Assembly: GCA_965237415.1 (NCBI GenBank)
Contig: CBDEFM010000002.1
Coordinates: forward strand, 736,001 to 800,000
Reading direction: 5' to 3'
Length of the DNA: 64,000 nucleotides
Source: Alphaproteobacteria bacterium
Lineage (GTDB): Bacteria > Pseudomonadota > Alphaproteobacteria > UBA828
Shown: one piece after another, positions 30,401-39,475 of the stretch
Position numbering within the stretch: position 1 is the first letter of the stretch
Layout of the letters: every line of letters begins with the position of its first letter
Translations under genes and position numbers: made by a program
Notes under the pieces: generated by a model
Seen by the model: only the letters and a program-made list of their open reading frames with translations
Told to the model about the DNA's origin: nothing
Databases searched by the model: none

Positions 30401-30627
30401 GCGGCAACACGCCGCGTTACGCCACCATGCGCATGATCAAGCAGGCCAGGAAGAAGCCGATCGCCGCGGTGGATGGCGCGGGCGTGGGCCTCGATCAGGC
30501 CGGTGCTGTTGTGCGCCGCTTGTACGAGCCGCCCAAGTCCGGGCGCGCGGCGATGATCGAAGGTGATGCGGCAGCGGTCGCCAAGGCCATCGCCGAGATC
30601 GTTCGTGAAAAGCGGGGAGACGTGTGA
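27478..30627 (+). CDS. Membrane Fe-S oxidoreductase (TM + 2x4Fe-4S + 2 CCG domains) fused to ETF beta subunit
   Basis: Multi-TM N-terminus, CTKCGRCHEACP, CLSCGACMEICP, HDPCHLGR, FCCGAGGG, Ala/Pro linker, then RVLVAVK...LNEWDEAALEEA...ALAKGA...RELEGG...PRYA. Confidence 0.88.
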   Translation: METRELFWEITSLGHTLFFVVAGGAMAVCAAGVAWHVFRYARARRNPVPVHLWRGFWRMVFDVFSQRTVRRRDRAAGHAHTPIMYGFLLLLAATSIITVEYDISEPFFGFTFWHGPFYLAFSLIADLAGLGLIVGVVYMMWRRWQVRPAKLVYRREYRGETEERPGARAWLRDDALFLWALLLIGLTGFLQEGVRLAMDQPAWGPWSPVGWVLAQIFLGLGMDEAGAAAVRRANWWIHGIAALAFIAAIPWTKAKHLIAVLGSLSTRDALALRRLPRLAVAAAVEDAEPDVGIGSIGQFSWKDLLNLDACTKCGRCHEACPATASGAPLSPRDLILDLRAHAARSAFRPRANGPALIGDVIEAETLWSCLSCGACMEICPVGIEHPLMIVQMRRQLVEEGAMDQQLRDTLDMIANRGNSFGESPRSRGGWTAALEFPVKDIRAEPAEHLWFVGDYASYDPRNQDVSRTVARLFRAAGLDFGLLYESERTAGNDVRRVGEEGLFESLADHNLAAMGAAERFGAIVTTDPHSYNTIRNEYPDFGDVAPIRHYTSVLAELLESGRLTVAKPLGMRVTLHDPCHLGRLNGHYDEPRRVLELIGCELIDMPRCRDNSFCCGAGGGRIWMPDPVGKERPSENRMHEAASLGNLDAFVVCCPKDMTMFEDARKTSGHEGDFVVQDLAELVAEAIDLKSIDLKEVPALVDRIAEAAAVRIADAVTDRLADRLADAVTERVLGELADRAPPVAAAAAASTQPAPAPEAEVQESPALAAGPWRPAPVSAATLPPYEVPEKDGPRVLVAVKRVGELNADFAIDEEARSIADEHFEHELNEWDEAALEEALLLTERLGAGEVVAVTIGPEDAEDTLRRALAKGAHRGVRVWDETLRDADPVTIARVLAGVAAQETPDIVLTGAQSADLGHGATGSALARILGLPHAAVVLGVEWDGGDAMTVTRELEGGMRQQIALPAPALLTVQTGGNTPRYATMRMIKQARKKPIAAVDGAGVGLDQAGAVVRRLYEPPKSGRAAMIEGDAAAVAKAIAEIVREKRGDV

Positions 30628-31592
30628 TGACCGGTATCCTCGTCGTCGCCGAGCATTTCGATGGGCTCCTGCGCGATGTCACACTGGAGATGATCGGCGC
30701 TGCCGCCGCGGTCAAGGATGGCCTCGGCGGGCCGTTGACCGTCCTCGTCATCGGTCATGACGCCGAGGCGCTCGCCAACGCCGCCAACCGGGAAGGGGTC
30801 GACGAGATCGTCACCGTGGCCTCTCCCGATTCGCATTTCGATCCTGCCCTTTATGAAGAGGCTGTCTGCGCCGTCGCCGAGGCCAGGCAGGCGCGCCTGG
30901 TGCTGATCGGCCATACCGCGGCCGGCATGGCCTTTGGGCCGGCGGTCGCCGCGCGCCTCGGCTCAGGCTTTGCATCCGATGTATTCGAGCTCTCGCTCGA
31001 AGGCGCTGAGCCCATCGCGAGTCGCGGTGGCTACGGCGGCAAGGTCGCAATGGACCTTGCCTTCCCTGACAAGCCTGTAGTCGTGCTGACGCTGCGGGGC
31101 GCGACGTTCAAGGCGCCGGAAGAAGCCGGCAACGCGAGCATCGTCCCGTTCGCGGTCGAGTTGGACAGCGTACCGGGCGCCGGCCGTCACATCGACTATC
31201 TGCCGGCCCCGCCCGCCGACGTGGACATCGGCAAGGCGGAATTCATCCTCTCGGTCGGACGCGCCATCCAGGAAGACAAGAACCTGCCCCAGTTTGCGGC
31301 GCTCGCAGACCGGCTCGGGGCCACCCTCGGTTGCTCGCGCCCGGTCGCGGATTCGGGCTGGCTGCCGAAGGCTCACCAGGTCGGGCAGTCCGGCACGATC
31401 GCGAACAACTGCTCGCTCTACCTGGCGCTCGGCATCTCGGGCGCGGTCCAGCATCTGGCCGGGATGAAGCACGTGGACACCATCATCGCGGTCAATACCG
31501 ACCCGGAGGCGCCGATCTTCAACGTCGCGCACCACGGCGCCTGCGTGGATATCTTCGAGCTCGCCGAGGCCCTGGAGCGCGAGTTCAGCTGA
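30624..31592 (+). CDS. etfA: Electron transfer flavoprotein alpha subunit
   Basis: ILVVAEH, SRPVAD, QVGQSG, GISGAVQHLAGM, AVNTDPEAPIF. Confidence 0.93.
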   Translation: MMTGILVVAEHFDGLLRDVTLEMIGAAAAVKDGLGGPLTVLVIGHDAEALANAANREGVDEIVTVASPDSHFDPALYEEAVCAVAEARQARLVLIGHTAAGMAFGPAVAARLGSGFASDVFELSLEGAEPIASRGGYGGKVAMDLAFPDKPVVVLTLRGATFKAPEEAGNASIVPFAVELDSVPGAGRHIDYLPAPPADVDIGKAEFILSVGRAIQEDKNLPQFAALADRLGATLGCSRPVADSGWLPKAHQVGQSGTIANNCSLYLALGISGAVQHLAGMKHVDTIIAVNTDPEAPIFNVAHHGACVDIFELAEALEREFS

Positions 31593-31602
31593 TTGGCTTT
31601 GG

Positions 31603-32694
31603 CTATAATTGCAGCGGCGCAGATCGCTCCAGGACGCGAATACGACTCAGCAACTGGTCCCGGTCCACATAGCAACCCTGCAGGTGCCGCCGGCCGGTCG
31701 AGGGATCGAAGGCGGCGCGCCCGTGCAGCACCCGGCGATTGTCGAACACCAATAGCTCGCCCGGCCGCAGGCGATAGCGACATTCCAATGCCGGATCGCG
31801 AATCACTGCTGCGAAGGCGCGGAGCGCGCGGCAAAGCGCGCCCATCTGGCCCGCCGGGGCGTCGATCGGGTCCATCACCGCGAAATTGAACCGTACCTCG
31901 GTCACCGCACCGGCCTCGTCCAGGCCGATGGTGGGGGCACGGAAGCGAATGTCCGACTCCCTGTCCTGGAAACGAAAATCGATGGAGGACTGGCTTAGTA
32001 GCCGGAAAGCTGCTGGCTCCCGCAAGCGCAGAGTCTCGGCAGCGTGGAAGCCGTCCACAAGGATCGAGTCGCCGCCGTCCGCGTCGTTCTCCAGGCAATG
32101 CAACAATTGATAGTCGGGTGGCCGTTCCCAGTTGGGCAGATCGGTGTGGCACAGCAGCCCGAGCGCGGTATAGGCGTTGCTGTTGGGCTCGAGCTTCGAG
32201 ACGACATCGAAATGTTCGCCGAAGTTGGTCGCCCGCGCAGGGCCGATGAGACCCGCCAGGGCAAGAACACTCAGCGGCTCGCGCGGGGTGCCGCGCAGGA
32301 CGGCGACACCGGAATCGCGCAGGAAACGGAGCCAGCGCAGGAGAGCGTTGTCGCTGCCTGTGACCGCGCCGTAGTCCGCGCCGGGCATGGACTTCGACAG
32401 CTCGGCACCCCATGTAACCGGCGCCGGGCCGCAATGCGAACCGTCGTTCTCACCGTGGCAATGCGCCCTGAGCCAGTCCGGGTCGTAGTCGCTGACATGA
32501 TCTTCAGGATGCCACCGGACTCGGAGGCCGCCCGCGTCCGTGATCGAAACCGACGTGGCGTCAAGGTCTGCCGGCACCGTGAGGGGATCGAGGATGCGCT
32601 CCAGGGTATCCGGGTGCCGGCACTGCCGGCAGCCGCAGTTGTCCCTCAGCCAGAAGTGGTGGAAGGTCGCGGCGGTGCCGTCGCCCCAGGTCAC
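31603..32694 (-). CDS. Gamma-butyrobetaine dioxygenase-like (TauD/BBOX); start uncertain
   Basis: WLRDNCGCRQC Zn domain, HTDLP, DGGDSILVDGF, FDNRRVLHGR, RHLQGCY. Confidence 0.85.
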   Translation of the reverse strand: MTWGDGTAATFHHFWLRDNCGCRQCRHPDTLERILDPLTVPADLDATSVSITDAGGLRVRWHPEDHVSDYDPDWLRAHCHGENDGSHCGPAPVTWGAELSKSMPGADYGAVTGSDNALLRWLRFLRDSGVAVLRGTPREPLSVLALAGLIGPARATNFGEHFDVVSKLEPNSNAYTALGLLCHTDLPNWERPPDYQLLHCLENDADGGDSILVDGFHAAETLRLREPAAFRLLSQSSIDFRFQDRESDIRFRAPTIGLDEAGAVTEVRFNFAVMDPIDAPAGQMGALCRALRAFAAVIRDPALECRYRLRPGELLVFDNRRVLHGRAAFDPSTGRRHLQGCYVDRDQLLSRIRVLERSAPLQL

Positions 32695-32717
32695 GCGGAT
32701 GGAGCGCGACTGCCGCC

Positions 32718-33794
32718 TTACATTGCGGAGCCGACCGCCTCCCGCACCATTTGGTGAAAGTAGTGCACGCCGTTCTCGTGGCGCGGGCTGAGCGGGCCTC
32801 GATCGTACACGCCGGCCTCTAGGTTCTCCTGAATGATCGGCGTGATCCATTGGTCCTCCTCCGACACCTGGACGCCGTAGGCGATCGTCGCCTCGAAGTC
32901 CTCTTGGCTGACCGAGTCCGGCCGCCAGTAGTCGTAGACGAGCCGCGTCTGGCGCGGGCCGACCGGCTCCATTCGCATGAAGGAAAGCCCGTCGGGGTAA
33001 GAGTTGAACGCAAAATTGGGGAAACGCCAACCGAAAGCGCCGGGATGGGTCGAGCGATCCTTCGGCGGCCCGTCGTGCAGGCTGCCGCCGTCGAAATTGA
33101 TGACCCTGTAGCGCTTCCAGTCGAGATCACGGTTCAATCCGGGGTGCAGCGGGGGGATATGATAGCCCTCCTGGTAATTGTCGACATAGGTCTTCCAATT
33201 GCAGTCGACAACAAGCACCAGCTCTCGCCCGAAACTGGCCTGCGCCGGTGCGGTCCGCTCGACGATGTCCTCGATCGGACCGAGCCATTCGATGAGTGGC
33301 GGTGCGTCCGGGTCCAGGCACACGAAGAGGAGGCCACGCCAGACGCCGACGGAGACGGGAAACAGTGACAACGCGGCCTTTGGAAAATCCGGTGCCTCAC
33401 CGAACAGCGGCACATGATCCAGGGCGCCGTCGGAACGATAGCGCCAGCCGTGATAGGGGCATTCGATGGTCCCGCAGCGCCCGTTGGATTCCGTGAGCAG
33501 CTTGGAGGCTCTGTGCCGGCAGACATTGTGGAAGCCGTGCAATGCGCCGTCCTCGCCGCGGCGCACGAAGAGAGGGAACCCTGCGGGAGCCGCCGTTATG
33601 TATTGACCCGGCTCGGCGAGTTCCGCCTCGCGGCCAATCCAGAGCCATTGGCGCGAGAAAATGTGGCGTCGCTCGGCCTGGTAAATCTCCGGGTCGCTGT
33701 ACCACCGGGCCGGCAGCGCCCACACGGTGGCCGCCCGCATCCGCTCGCTGATCGCACCGTCCAGGTCTTTGGCTGCTCGGCTTGCAGAGGACAT
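32718..33794 (-). CDS. Rieske oxygenase alpha subunit (choline monooxygenase/CntA-like)
   Basis: NVCRHR...CPYHGW, NWKTYVDNYQEGYHIPPLHP, ENGVHYFH. Confidence 0.88.
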   Translation of the reverse strand: MSSASRAAKDLDGAISERMRAATVWALPARWYSDPEIYQAERRHIFSRQWLWIGREAELAEPGQYITAAPAGFPLFVRRGEDGALHGFHNVCRHRASKLLTESNGRCGTIECPYHGWRYRSDGALDHVPLFGEAPDFPKAALSLFPVSVGVWRGLLFVCLDPDAPPLIEWLGPIEDIVERTAPAQASFGRELVLVVDCNWKTYVDNYQEGYHIPPLHPGLNRDLDWKRYRVINFDGGSLHDGPPKDRSTHPGAFGWRFPNFAFNSYPDGLSFMRMEPVGPRQTRLVYDYWRPDSVSQEDFEATIAYGVQVSEEDQWITPIIQENLEAGVYDRGPLSPRHENGVHYFHQMVREAVGSAM

Positions 33795-33827
33795 CGCGTC
33801 CCTCCCCACCAACGGCAGAGGTTGTCG

Positions 33828-34634
33828 TCAGACGTCTATCCGATCAAGCGCTCTACCTTCGGCATCGAAGCAGGCGGCGGTAAGCGTTCCGCCGAACCCC
33901 GCGCCGCCATCGACTGTCGCAACGTAGTCGTCCAGGCTCACTCCCCCCTGCGACGGATCGAAACCGCGGATGATCTTCTTGAAGTCGGCGTAGGGCGGGG
34001 TCAGCGTCGCGAGCTGATCGCTCCCCCACCAGAAGGCGTCTCTCTGGGTGTCGATGGGGCGGGACGGATCGAGTCCCGAATTCACGAACAGGAGTGCACC
34101 ATCGTCGGTAAAGGCCGCCTGTCGCACGCTCGCAAGCAATTCCTGATGCCCCGGATACTGCTGCATCCTGACGCGCAATTCGCTCAGCCAGCGGGCGATC
34201 TCCTGAGAGCCATTGCTGACTCGCCCCTCCGCCTCGGCGGCCCCCCAACCATAGGCCGCGAGAGTCTGCTGCACGCCCCGATCCAACATCCAACGCAACA
34301 CGCTTGACGGCTCGACGGAGAGGTGGAGACGAAACAGCTTCTGCCACATCTCCTCCTGACTGCCGCGCAGATACGCCACGTCGCACACACCCATGTGCGG
34401 CACGGCAAGCAGCGCACCGCGGAAGGCCACCATCTCGTCGAGGGTGGCGGCGACATGGGTGCCGTGGCCAAGATAGTTGCCGAGGTAGACGATGCGGTCG
34501 CCCGATTGGAACCGCTCTTCGATCGCGGCGTGCAGAGCGGCGAGCCTTTCCGCTTCGCCGTGAATGGCGCCGACGGCCCAGATGCGTCCGCCGCTGCGGA
34601 TCGTCCCGAACCGTTCGTTGGTGGCGCAGCCCAC
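33828..34634 (-). CDS. Metallophosphoesterase-fold protein with degenerate metal ligands
   Basis: VGAIHGE, YLGNYLG, LRGSQE, FVNSG, VDGGAGFGG. Confidence 0.7.
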   Translation of the reverse strand: MGCATNERFGTIRSGGRIWAVGAIHGEAERLAALHAAIEERFQSGDRIVYLGNYLGHGTHVAATLDEMVAFRGALLAVPHMGVCDVAYLRGSQEEMWQKLFRLHLSVEPSSVLRWMLDRGVQQTLAAYGWGAAEAEGRVSNGSQEIARWLSELRVRMQQYPGHQELLASVRQAAFTDDGALLFVNSGLDPSRPIDTQRDAFWWGSDQLATLTPPYADFKKIIRGFDPSQGGVSLDDYVATVDGGAGFGGTLTAACFDAEGRALDRIDV

Positions 34635-34656
34635 TTGGTTGCAGGGAGGACGACCC

Positions 34657-35550
34657 CTACGCCGCGCGTAGGACGTCCTCCAGCTTGGTCGCGGCCTGCT
34701 CGGTATCGGTATTGTCCACCGCGGCGAACTCCCGCGCCAGACGATCCAGCGCTGCCTCGTACATCTGACGCTCGCTGTAGCTCTGATCCGGTTGGCCGAC
34801 ATTGCGATGGAGGTCCCGCACGACCTCGGCGATCGACACCGGATCGCCGGAGTTGAGCTTCGCCTCATACTCCTGGGCCCGCCTGCTCCACATGACACGG
34901 CGCGTGCGCGCCCGCCCCCGCAGGGTCGAGATAGCCGCGTCCATGGTCTCGCGCGAGCTCAACCGGCGCATACCGGCCGAATCGACCTTATGGGTCGGCA
35001 CCAGCAGGGTCATCTTGTCCTTCTCGAAGGCCACGATGAACATCTGCAGGGTCTGGTCTCCCACTGTCCGCTCGTCGATCCCGGTAATCCGGCCGACGCC
35101 GTGGGCCGGATAGACCACATGGTCGCCCACGGCGAAGCCGTTGATCTCGGTCGGGGGCTTCTTCTTCCGCCGTGGCTCGGCAGAAGCGGTGCCAGGCTTG
35201 ACCGCGGCGCTGCTCTTTGCAACTCGCTTGGTCTTCGCCCCACCCCCGGCTTTGACGGTCTTGGCGGATTTTGCGGCCTTGGCGTCCTTCGCGCGCTTGG
35301 CCGCCGCCTGAGGCTTCACCGTGTCCCCCTCCTGGGACTCCGGCTGTTTCGATGCCAGCCGCGAAGAGCCACGCCGAGCACTGCCCGTCGTGCCGGTCGG
35401 CTTCTTCGTGGCCGTCCGAGAGCGCGCCGACGCCGTCGACCGCGTTGCGGTACTCGGGGAGGCGGAAGTGCCTTTCCGGGCCTTGGCGGGGGACTGTTCT
35501 TTAGTGGAGGTTCTCGATTTGGGCGGCGCCTTGCTGCTCACTGTGTCCAC
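34657..35550 (-). CDS. carD: CarD/CdnL transcription factor with long basic N-terminal extension
   Basis: FAVGDHVVYPAHGVG, MWSRRAQEYEAKLNSGD, QSYSERQMYEAAL; ~135-aa K/A/S/T-rich N-tail. Confidence 0.88.
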   Translation of the reverse strand: MDTVSSKAPPKSRTSTKEQSPAKARKGTSASPSTATRSTASARSRTATKKPTGTTGSARRGSSRLASKQPESQEGDTVKPQAAAKRAKDAKAAKSAKTVKAGGGAKTKRVAKSSAAVKPGTASAEPRRKKKPPTEINGFAVGDHVVYPAHGVGRITGIDERTVGDQTLQMFIVAFEKDKMTLLVPTHKVDSAGMRRLSSRETMDAAISTLRGRARTRRVMWSRRAQEYEAKLNSGDPVSIAEVVRDLHRNVGQPDQSYSERQMYEAALDRLAREFAAVDNTDTEQAATKLEDVLRAA

Positions 35551-35710
35551 AATTCCCTGTCCGATTGAGATACGGCCGTGCCCGAGGGGCATTACGCCAA
35601 CGGCGGCCGCTCGGCGGGCCGCCGTATCGGGCCGGGCGCCGATCGCCCCGCCGCGGGTAAGACCAATATATCACAGCCGCCGCGCAATTTCCACCGCCCG
35701 GCCTGCTCGA

Positions 35711-36055
35711 TCAGTCCCCTTCTCCGGGTTTATCGGAAAAATATTTGGAAAACTTGCCCTCTTCGTCCTTGTAGTCGTCAGCGTCGTCGGGCGGGTCGCC
35801 TTTTCGCGTGATATTGGGCCAGATCTCGGCGAATTTGCGGTTGATCTCCAACCACCGGTCCGAGTCGTCGTCGCCCGCAGTATCGGGGATAATCGCTTCG
35901 ACCGGACATTCCGGCTCGCATACGCCGCAGTCGATGCACTCGTCCGGGTGGATCACCAGCATGTTCTCGCCTACATAGAAGCAATCCACCGGGCACACTT
36001 CGATGCAGTCCTGATACTTGCACCGAATGCAGGCCTCGATCACCAGATAGGTCAT
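35711..36055 (-). CDS. fdxA: 7Fe ferredoxin
   Basis: [31 protein letters not shown]. Confidence 0.95.
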   Translation of the reverse strand: MTYLVIEACIRCKYQDCIEVCPVDCFYVGENMLVIHPDECIDCGVCEPECPVEAIIPDTAGDDDSDRWLEINRKFAEIWPNITRKGDPPDDADDYKDEEGKFSKYFSDKPGEGD

Positions 36056-36121
36056 TCGCTTTGTGCTCCGTGCTTCGCTCGTGAGTGCGCCGCTGCCGGC
36101 CCTTCAACTGGCGGCCGATCG

Positions 36122-36583
36122 CTACGTTCCGTGTCCGACGCGGGCAAGCACACGCTTGCGTGCTTCTCCCCGTTCCCGATCCGTAATGTGAAGCAAGCCG
36201 CCAACCCGGCGGAGCAGATTGGCTTCATATGCGTGAAGCCGCCCATCAGCATAAACCACCTCCCACAGCATCTCCATCACCGCAAGACGATCCTCGTGGT
36301 CGTATCGGTCGTTGATGGTTCGCGTGAAGCGGTGAAGATCGGTCGCCTCGTGATGAGCGGCTTCGGCCTCATCGATCAGGGTGTCGGCTTCGGTATCGCT
36401 AAGCCCAAAATGCGCGCCCAAGGTTGCGCAAATGGCATCGCGCTCATCGCCGTCGAAATGTCCATCCATGCACGCCGCCTCGACCAGAAGCGCTGCCGCG
36501 GCGAGCTTCGGCGCCTCGGTTTCGACTGGACCGGCGCTGCCCGCGTCGGCACCGCGCAAGAGGGTCTTGATACGATCGATCAC
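36122..36583 (-). CDS. TerB-family protein
   Basis: AAAALLVEAA.MDG, MLWEVVYADG.LH.YE. Confidence 0.8.
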   Translation of the reverse strand: MIDRIKTLLRGADAGSAGPVETEAPKLAAAALLVEAACMDGHFDGDERDAICATLGAHFGLSDTEADTLIDEAEAAHHEATDLHRFTRTINDRYDHEDRLAVMEMLWEVVYADGRLHAYEANLLRRVGGLLHITDRERGEARKRVLARVGHGT

Positions 36584-36656
36584 GGGCGCTGGGTATCATA
36601 CCGACGGCAACCGACTCAAGAGCCACCCGGGTACGCTCCGCCCGGCCAAACGCGCC

Positions 36657-36941
36657 CTACTCCTGCTCGATTTCCTCGTAGAGTTGCCGCGCTTCGGGCG
36701 CAGATCCGCGCCGCTCGGCCACTTCCAGGATCCGTACGATTCTCACCATCCTCCCCTGCACGAAGGTCAGCACGTCGCCGGGACCGACTGTCCGGTGCGC
36801 CTTTGTGATGCGGCGGCCATTGACGCGAATGCGCCCGGCTTCGCAGGCCTTTTGCGCGAGCCCCCGCGTCTTGAAAAAGCGCGCATACCAGAGCCACTTG
36901 TCCAGCCGGCTCACCGGGAGAGCAGGCGCGTCCCGCGTCAC
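36657..36941 (-). CDS. hslR: S4-domain RNA-binding heat-shock protein Hsp15
   Basis: RLDKWLWYARFFKTR, RRGSAPEARQLYEE. Confidence 0.9.
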   Translation of the reverse strand: MTRDAPALPVSRLDKWLWYARFFKTRGLAQKACEAGRIRVNGRRITKAHRTVGPGDVLTFVQGRMVRIVRILEVAERRGSAPEARQLYEEIEQE

Positions 36942-39475
36942 GACGGGCGAGCGCCACCGGTGGCAAGCACGCTGAGCTTCGCGAAGGGAGAGTCGGGGTC
37001 CGCCTCCCTCCCCCTGCGGCGGCTCTTCTCCGCTGGCCTGTGGGGGCGCAGGCTATTCCGGGCAAATCGCTGGAGGCCATCGGTGCCGATGCCGACCATC
37101 GTGTAGCCGAGAGCGCCGAGAATGTCGTCGAACTTGGCACGCTTGCACGCGGCCAACTTGAGCATTCCGGGGTCGATGGCGAACGGCTCCCGACGGGCTG
37201 CCCTGCGCAGGCGCGCGGCGAGGCGTTCAGCGATGTCCGCACGGACCACCTGGGTGTCCAGGGGAACCAGGCCGAGTGCGGCGTAGCACGCGTCGGGCAC
37301 GGCAGGATCGCGGTCCATCGAGACTGCGGAGCCGAGCATGGGAGGCGGCGTCCCAGCGCCGCTCCAGGCCCACCATAGCAGGCCGGCGCAGCGCGAGCGT
37401 GCCGGCTTCAGCATCGCGGGCATGAACACGGAGAGCGCGCCGAGCTGCACGCCAGCCTGGGCGAGCGCGTGCCGGCCCGCGTTGTCGAGCGCGGCGATCT
37501 GAGGAGAAAGCGCGCGCCGGGGCAAGCTACCGAGCGCCTCGGTCAACGCAAACGCGACGCCGCGCGCCGTGCCGTCCAATGCCGCCTCGCGCAGCGACAC
37601 CAAGGGGCCTGCGCCGCGCGAGAGACGGTGATCCAGCCAAGACTGAAGACGGCGCCGCACGCGCTCACGCTGCGCTGCGCTCAGATGATCTTCGCCGACG
37701 AGCGCGATGGTCGGTTTGAGCGGCGTGTCGCCCCGACCGAGGCGAGCGATGCAGGCGCCGCCCCAGGCGATCTCGCCCCATCGCGGCGCGTCTTGCCGTC
37801 CTGGCTCGAGTCCGAGCGTAAACGCATCGTAGGCATCCGCCACCGCTGCGGCGACCCGCCGCGCCACTTCGCGCTCGACCACACGATTGGCAGCCGCGAG
37901 CACACCGCGGCTCCGCTCGGCCTCAGCATCGGGCCGGAAACGAAAGCCGTCGAAGACCCCCGCCCTCTCGCCTTCTACCATGACCGCGCCGCTGTCGCCG
38001 ACGATCGCGAAGAGAGTCTCGTCCATACGCCCGCCGTTACGGGGCAGTCGCGCCCTGCGACTGACGAAGAGCTGGGTCAGCTGCGTATGGAGTGCGTCGG
38101 AGAGCGCGTCCTCGAGCGCCCGGGTGCGCTCCTGCCAACCGCGCGCATCGTCCACCCAATCGGTGCGATGGGACACGTAGGTCCAGGTTCGAACATGGCT
38201 GATGCGGGCTGTCAGTGTATCGATGTCGCCCTCGGTGGGTGCCAACCGCTCGATCGAGCGACCGACCCACTCCGGAGACAGTCGGCCGCTCTCAACCAGG
38301 GAGAGGTAAATTCGGCGCACGAGACCGACGTGATTCTCCGTCATGGTCTTGCGGAAATCGGGGATTTGGCAGACCTCCCAGAGGAGCGCAACGCGATCGG
38401 CACCGGTCAGTGTCTCTGCGATCGCCGGGTCGCGGGCGAGCGTGAGCAGCGTACGGTGGTCGTCCGCATCGTGGGTCCGCTGGAGGCCAGGGAGCGGCGG
38501 CGGCGCGGCCAGCGAATCGAGCAGCGCTGGCAGCGTCTCGAAGGAAAGCGCGGCGTTCCGCCAGTAGGCCCTGCGTACCGGCGGGAACCGGTGATCCTCG
38601 ACTGCCTGCACGAGGGACGAGTCGAAGGGCTCGACCCCGCCGGTTGTGCCAAAGCTGCCGTCCGTAAGGTGGCGGCCTGCGCGGCCGGCGATCTGAGCAA
38701 TCTCAGCGGACGTAAGCATCCGCGTCGAGCGGCCGTCGAACTTCTGGTAGGCCGAGAACGCGACATGATCCAGGTCCAGGTTGAGCCCCATGCCAATGGC
38801 ATCCGTGGCGACCAGACTGTCCACCTCGCCCGCCTGGTAAAGACCGACCTGGGCATTGCGGGTGCGCGGGCTGAGCGCCCCCAGCACCACGGCGCACCCG
38901 CCCCTCAGCCCGCGGATGCGCTCGGCAAGCGCGTAGACCGCCTCGGTCGAGAAGGCGATGACGGCATTCCGGGGCTTGAGCCGGGCCAGCTTGCAATGCC
39001 CTTCGTGCGCGAGCGTGGAAAGCCGGGGGCGGCTCGTGAACCGCGCCTCGGGCACAAGCGTTCGGATCAGGGGGCGCATGGTGTCTGCACCGAGGAACAT
39101 GGTCTCCGCCGTGCCCCGGGCGCGCAGCAGGCGGTCGGTGAAGATGTGACCGCGCTCGCGATTGCCTGCGAGTTGAATCTCGTCAACCGCGACGAACTCG
39201 ACCTGCCTGTCCAGCGGCATCGATTCGACGGTGCAGACGAAATAGCGCGGCTGCTCCGGAATCCGCCGTTCCTCGCCCGTCACCAGGGCGACAGCGCCCT
39301 CGCCCTTTGCCTCGACCACCCGATCGTAGACCTCGCGCGCGAGGAGTCGGAGCGGGAAGCCCATCATGCCGGTGCGGTGGGCCAACATGCGCTCGACCGC
39401 CAGATGGGTCTTGCCCGTGTTGGTCGGGCCGAGCAGCGCGGTGACGGCGGCGTTTTCGGCGTCGTGCCGAACCAT
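36938..39475 (-). CDS. SUV3/MgpS-like ATP-dependent helicase
   Basis: LGPTNTGKTH, PLRLLARE, VDEIQ, ATDAIGMGLN, QIAGRAGR. Confidence 0.9.
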   Translation of the reverse strand: MVRHDAENAAVTALLGPTNTGKTHLAVERMLAHRTGMMGFPLRLLAREVYDRVVEAKGEGAVALVTGEERRIPEQPRYFVCTVESMPLDRQVEFVAVDEIQLAGNRERGHIFTDRLLRARGTAETMFLGADTMRPLIRTLVPEARFTSRPRLSTLAHEGHCKLARLKPRNAVIAFSTEAVYALAERIRGLRGGCAVVLGALSPRTRNAQVGLYQAGEVDSLVATDAIGMGLNLDLDHVAFSAYQKFDGRSTRMLTSAEIAQIAGRAGRHLTDGSFGTTGGVEPFDSSLVQAVEDHRFPPVRRAYWRNAALSFETLPALLDSLAAPPPLPGLQRTHDADDHRTLLTLARDPAIAETLTGADRVALLWEVCQIPDFRKTMTENHVGLVRRIYLSLVESGRLSPEWVGRSIERLAPTEGDIDTLTARISHVRTWTYVSHRTDWVDDARGWQERTRALEDALSDALHTQLTQLFVSRRARLPRNGGRMDETLFAIVGDSGAVMVEGERAGVFDGFRFRPDAEAERSRGVLAAANRVVEREVARRVAAAVADAYDAFTLGLEPGRQDAPRWGEIAWGGACIARLGRGDTPLKPTIALVGEDHLSAAQRERVRRRLQSWLDHRLSRGAGPLVSLREAALDGTARGVAFALTEALGSLPRRALSPQIAALDNAGRHALAQAGVQLGALSVFMPAMLKPARSRCAGLLWWAWSGAGTPPPMLGSAVSMDRDPAVPDACYAALGLVPLDTQVVRADIAERLAARLRRAARREPFAIDPGMLKLAACKRAKFDDILGALGYTMVGIGTDGLQRFARNSLRPHRPAEKSRRRGREADPDSPFAKLSVLATGGARPS

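Noticed and set aside
31603-33030. Apparent 475-aa BBOX overlapping the Rieske gene, or a Rieske-BBOX fusion
   Set aside because: The frames differ; the Rieske gene stops at 32718 and BBOX similarity begins at ~32700
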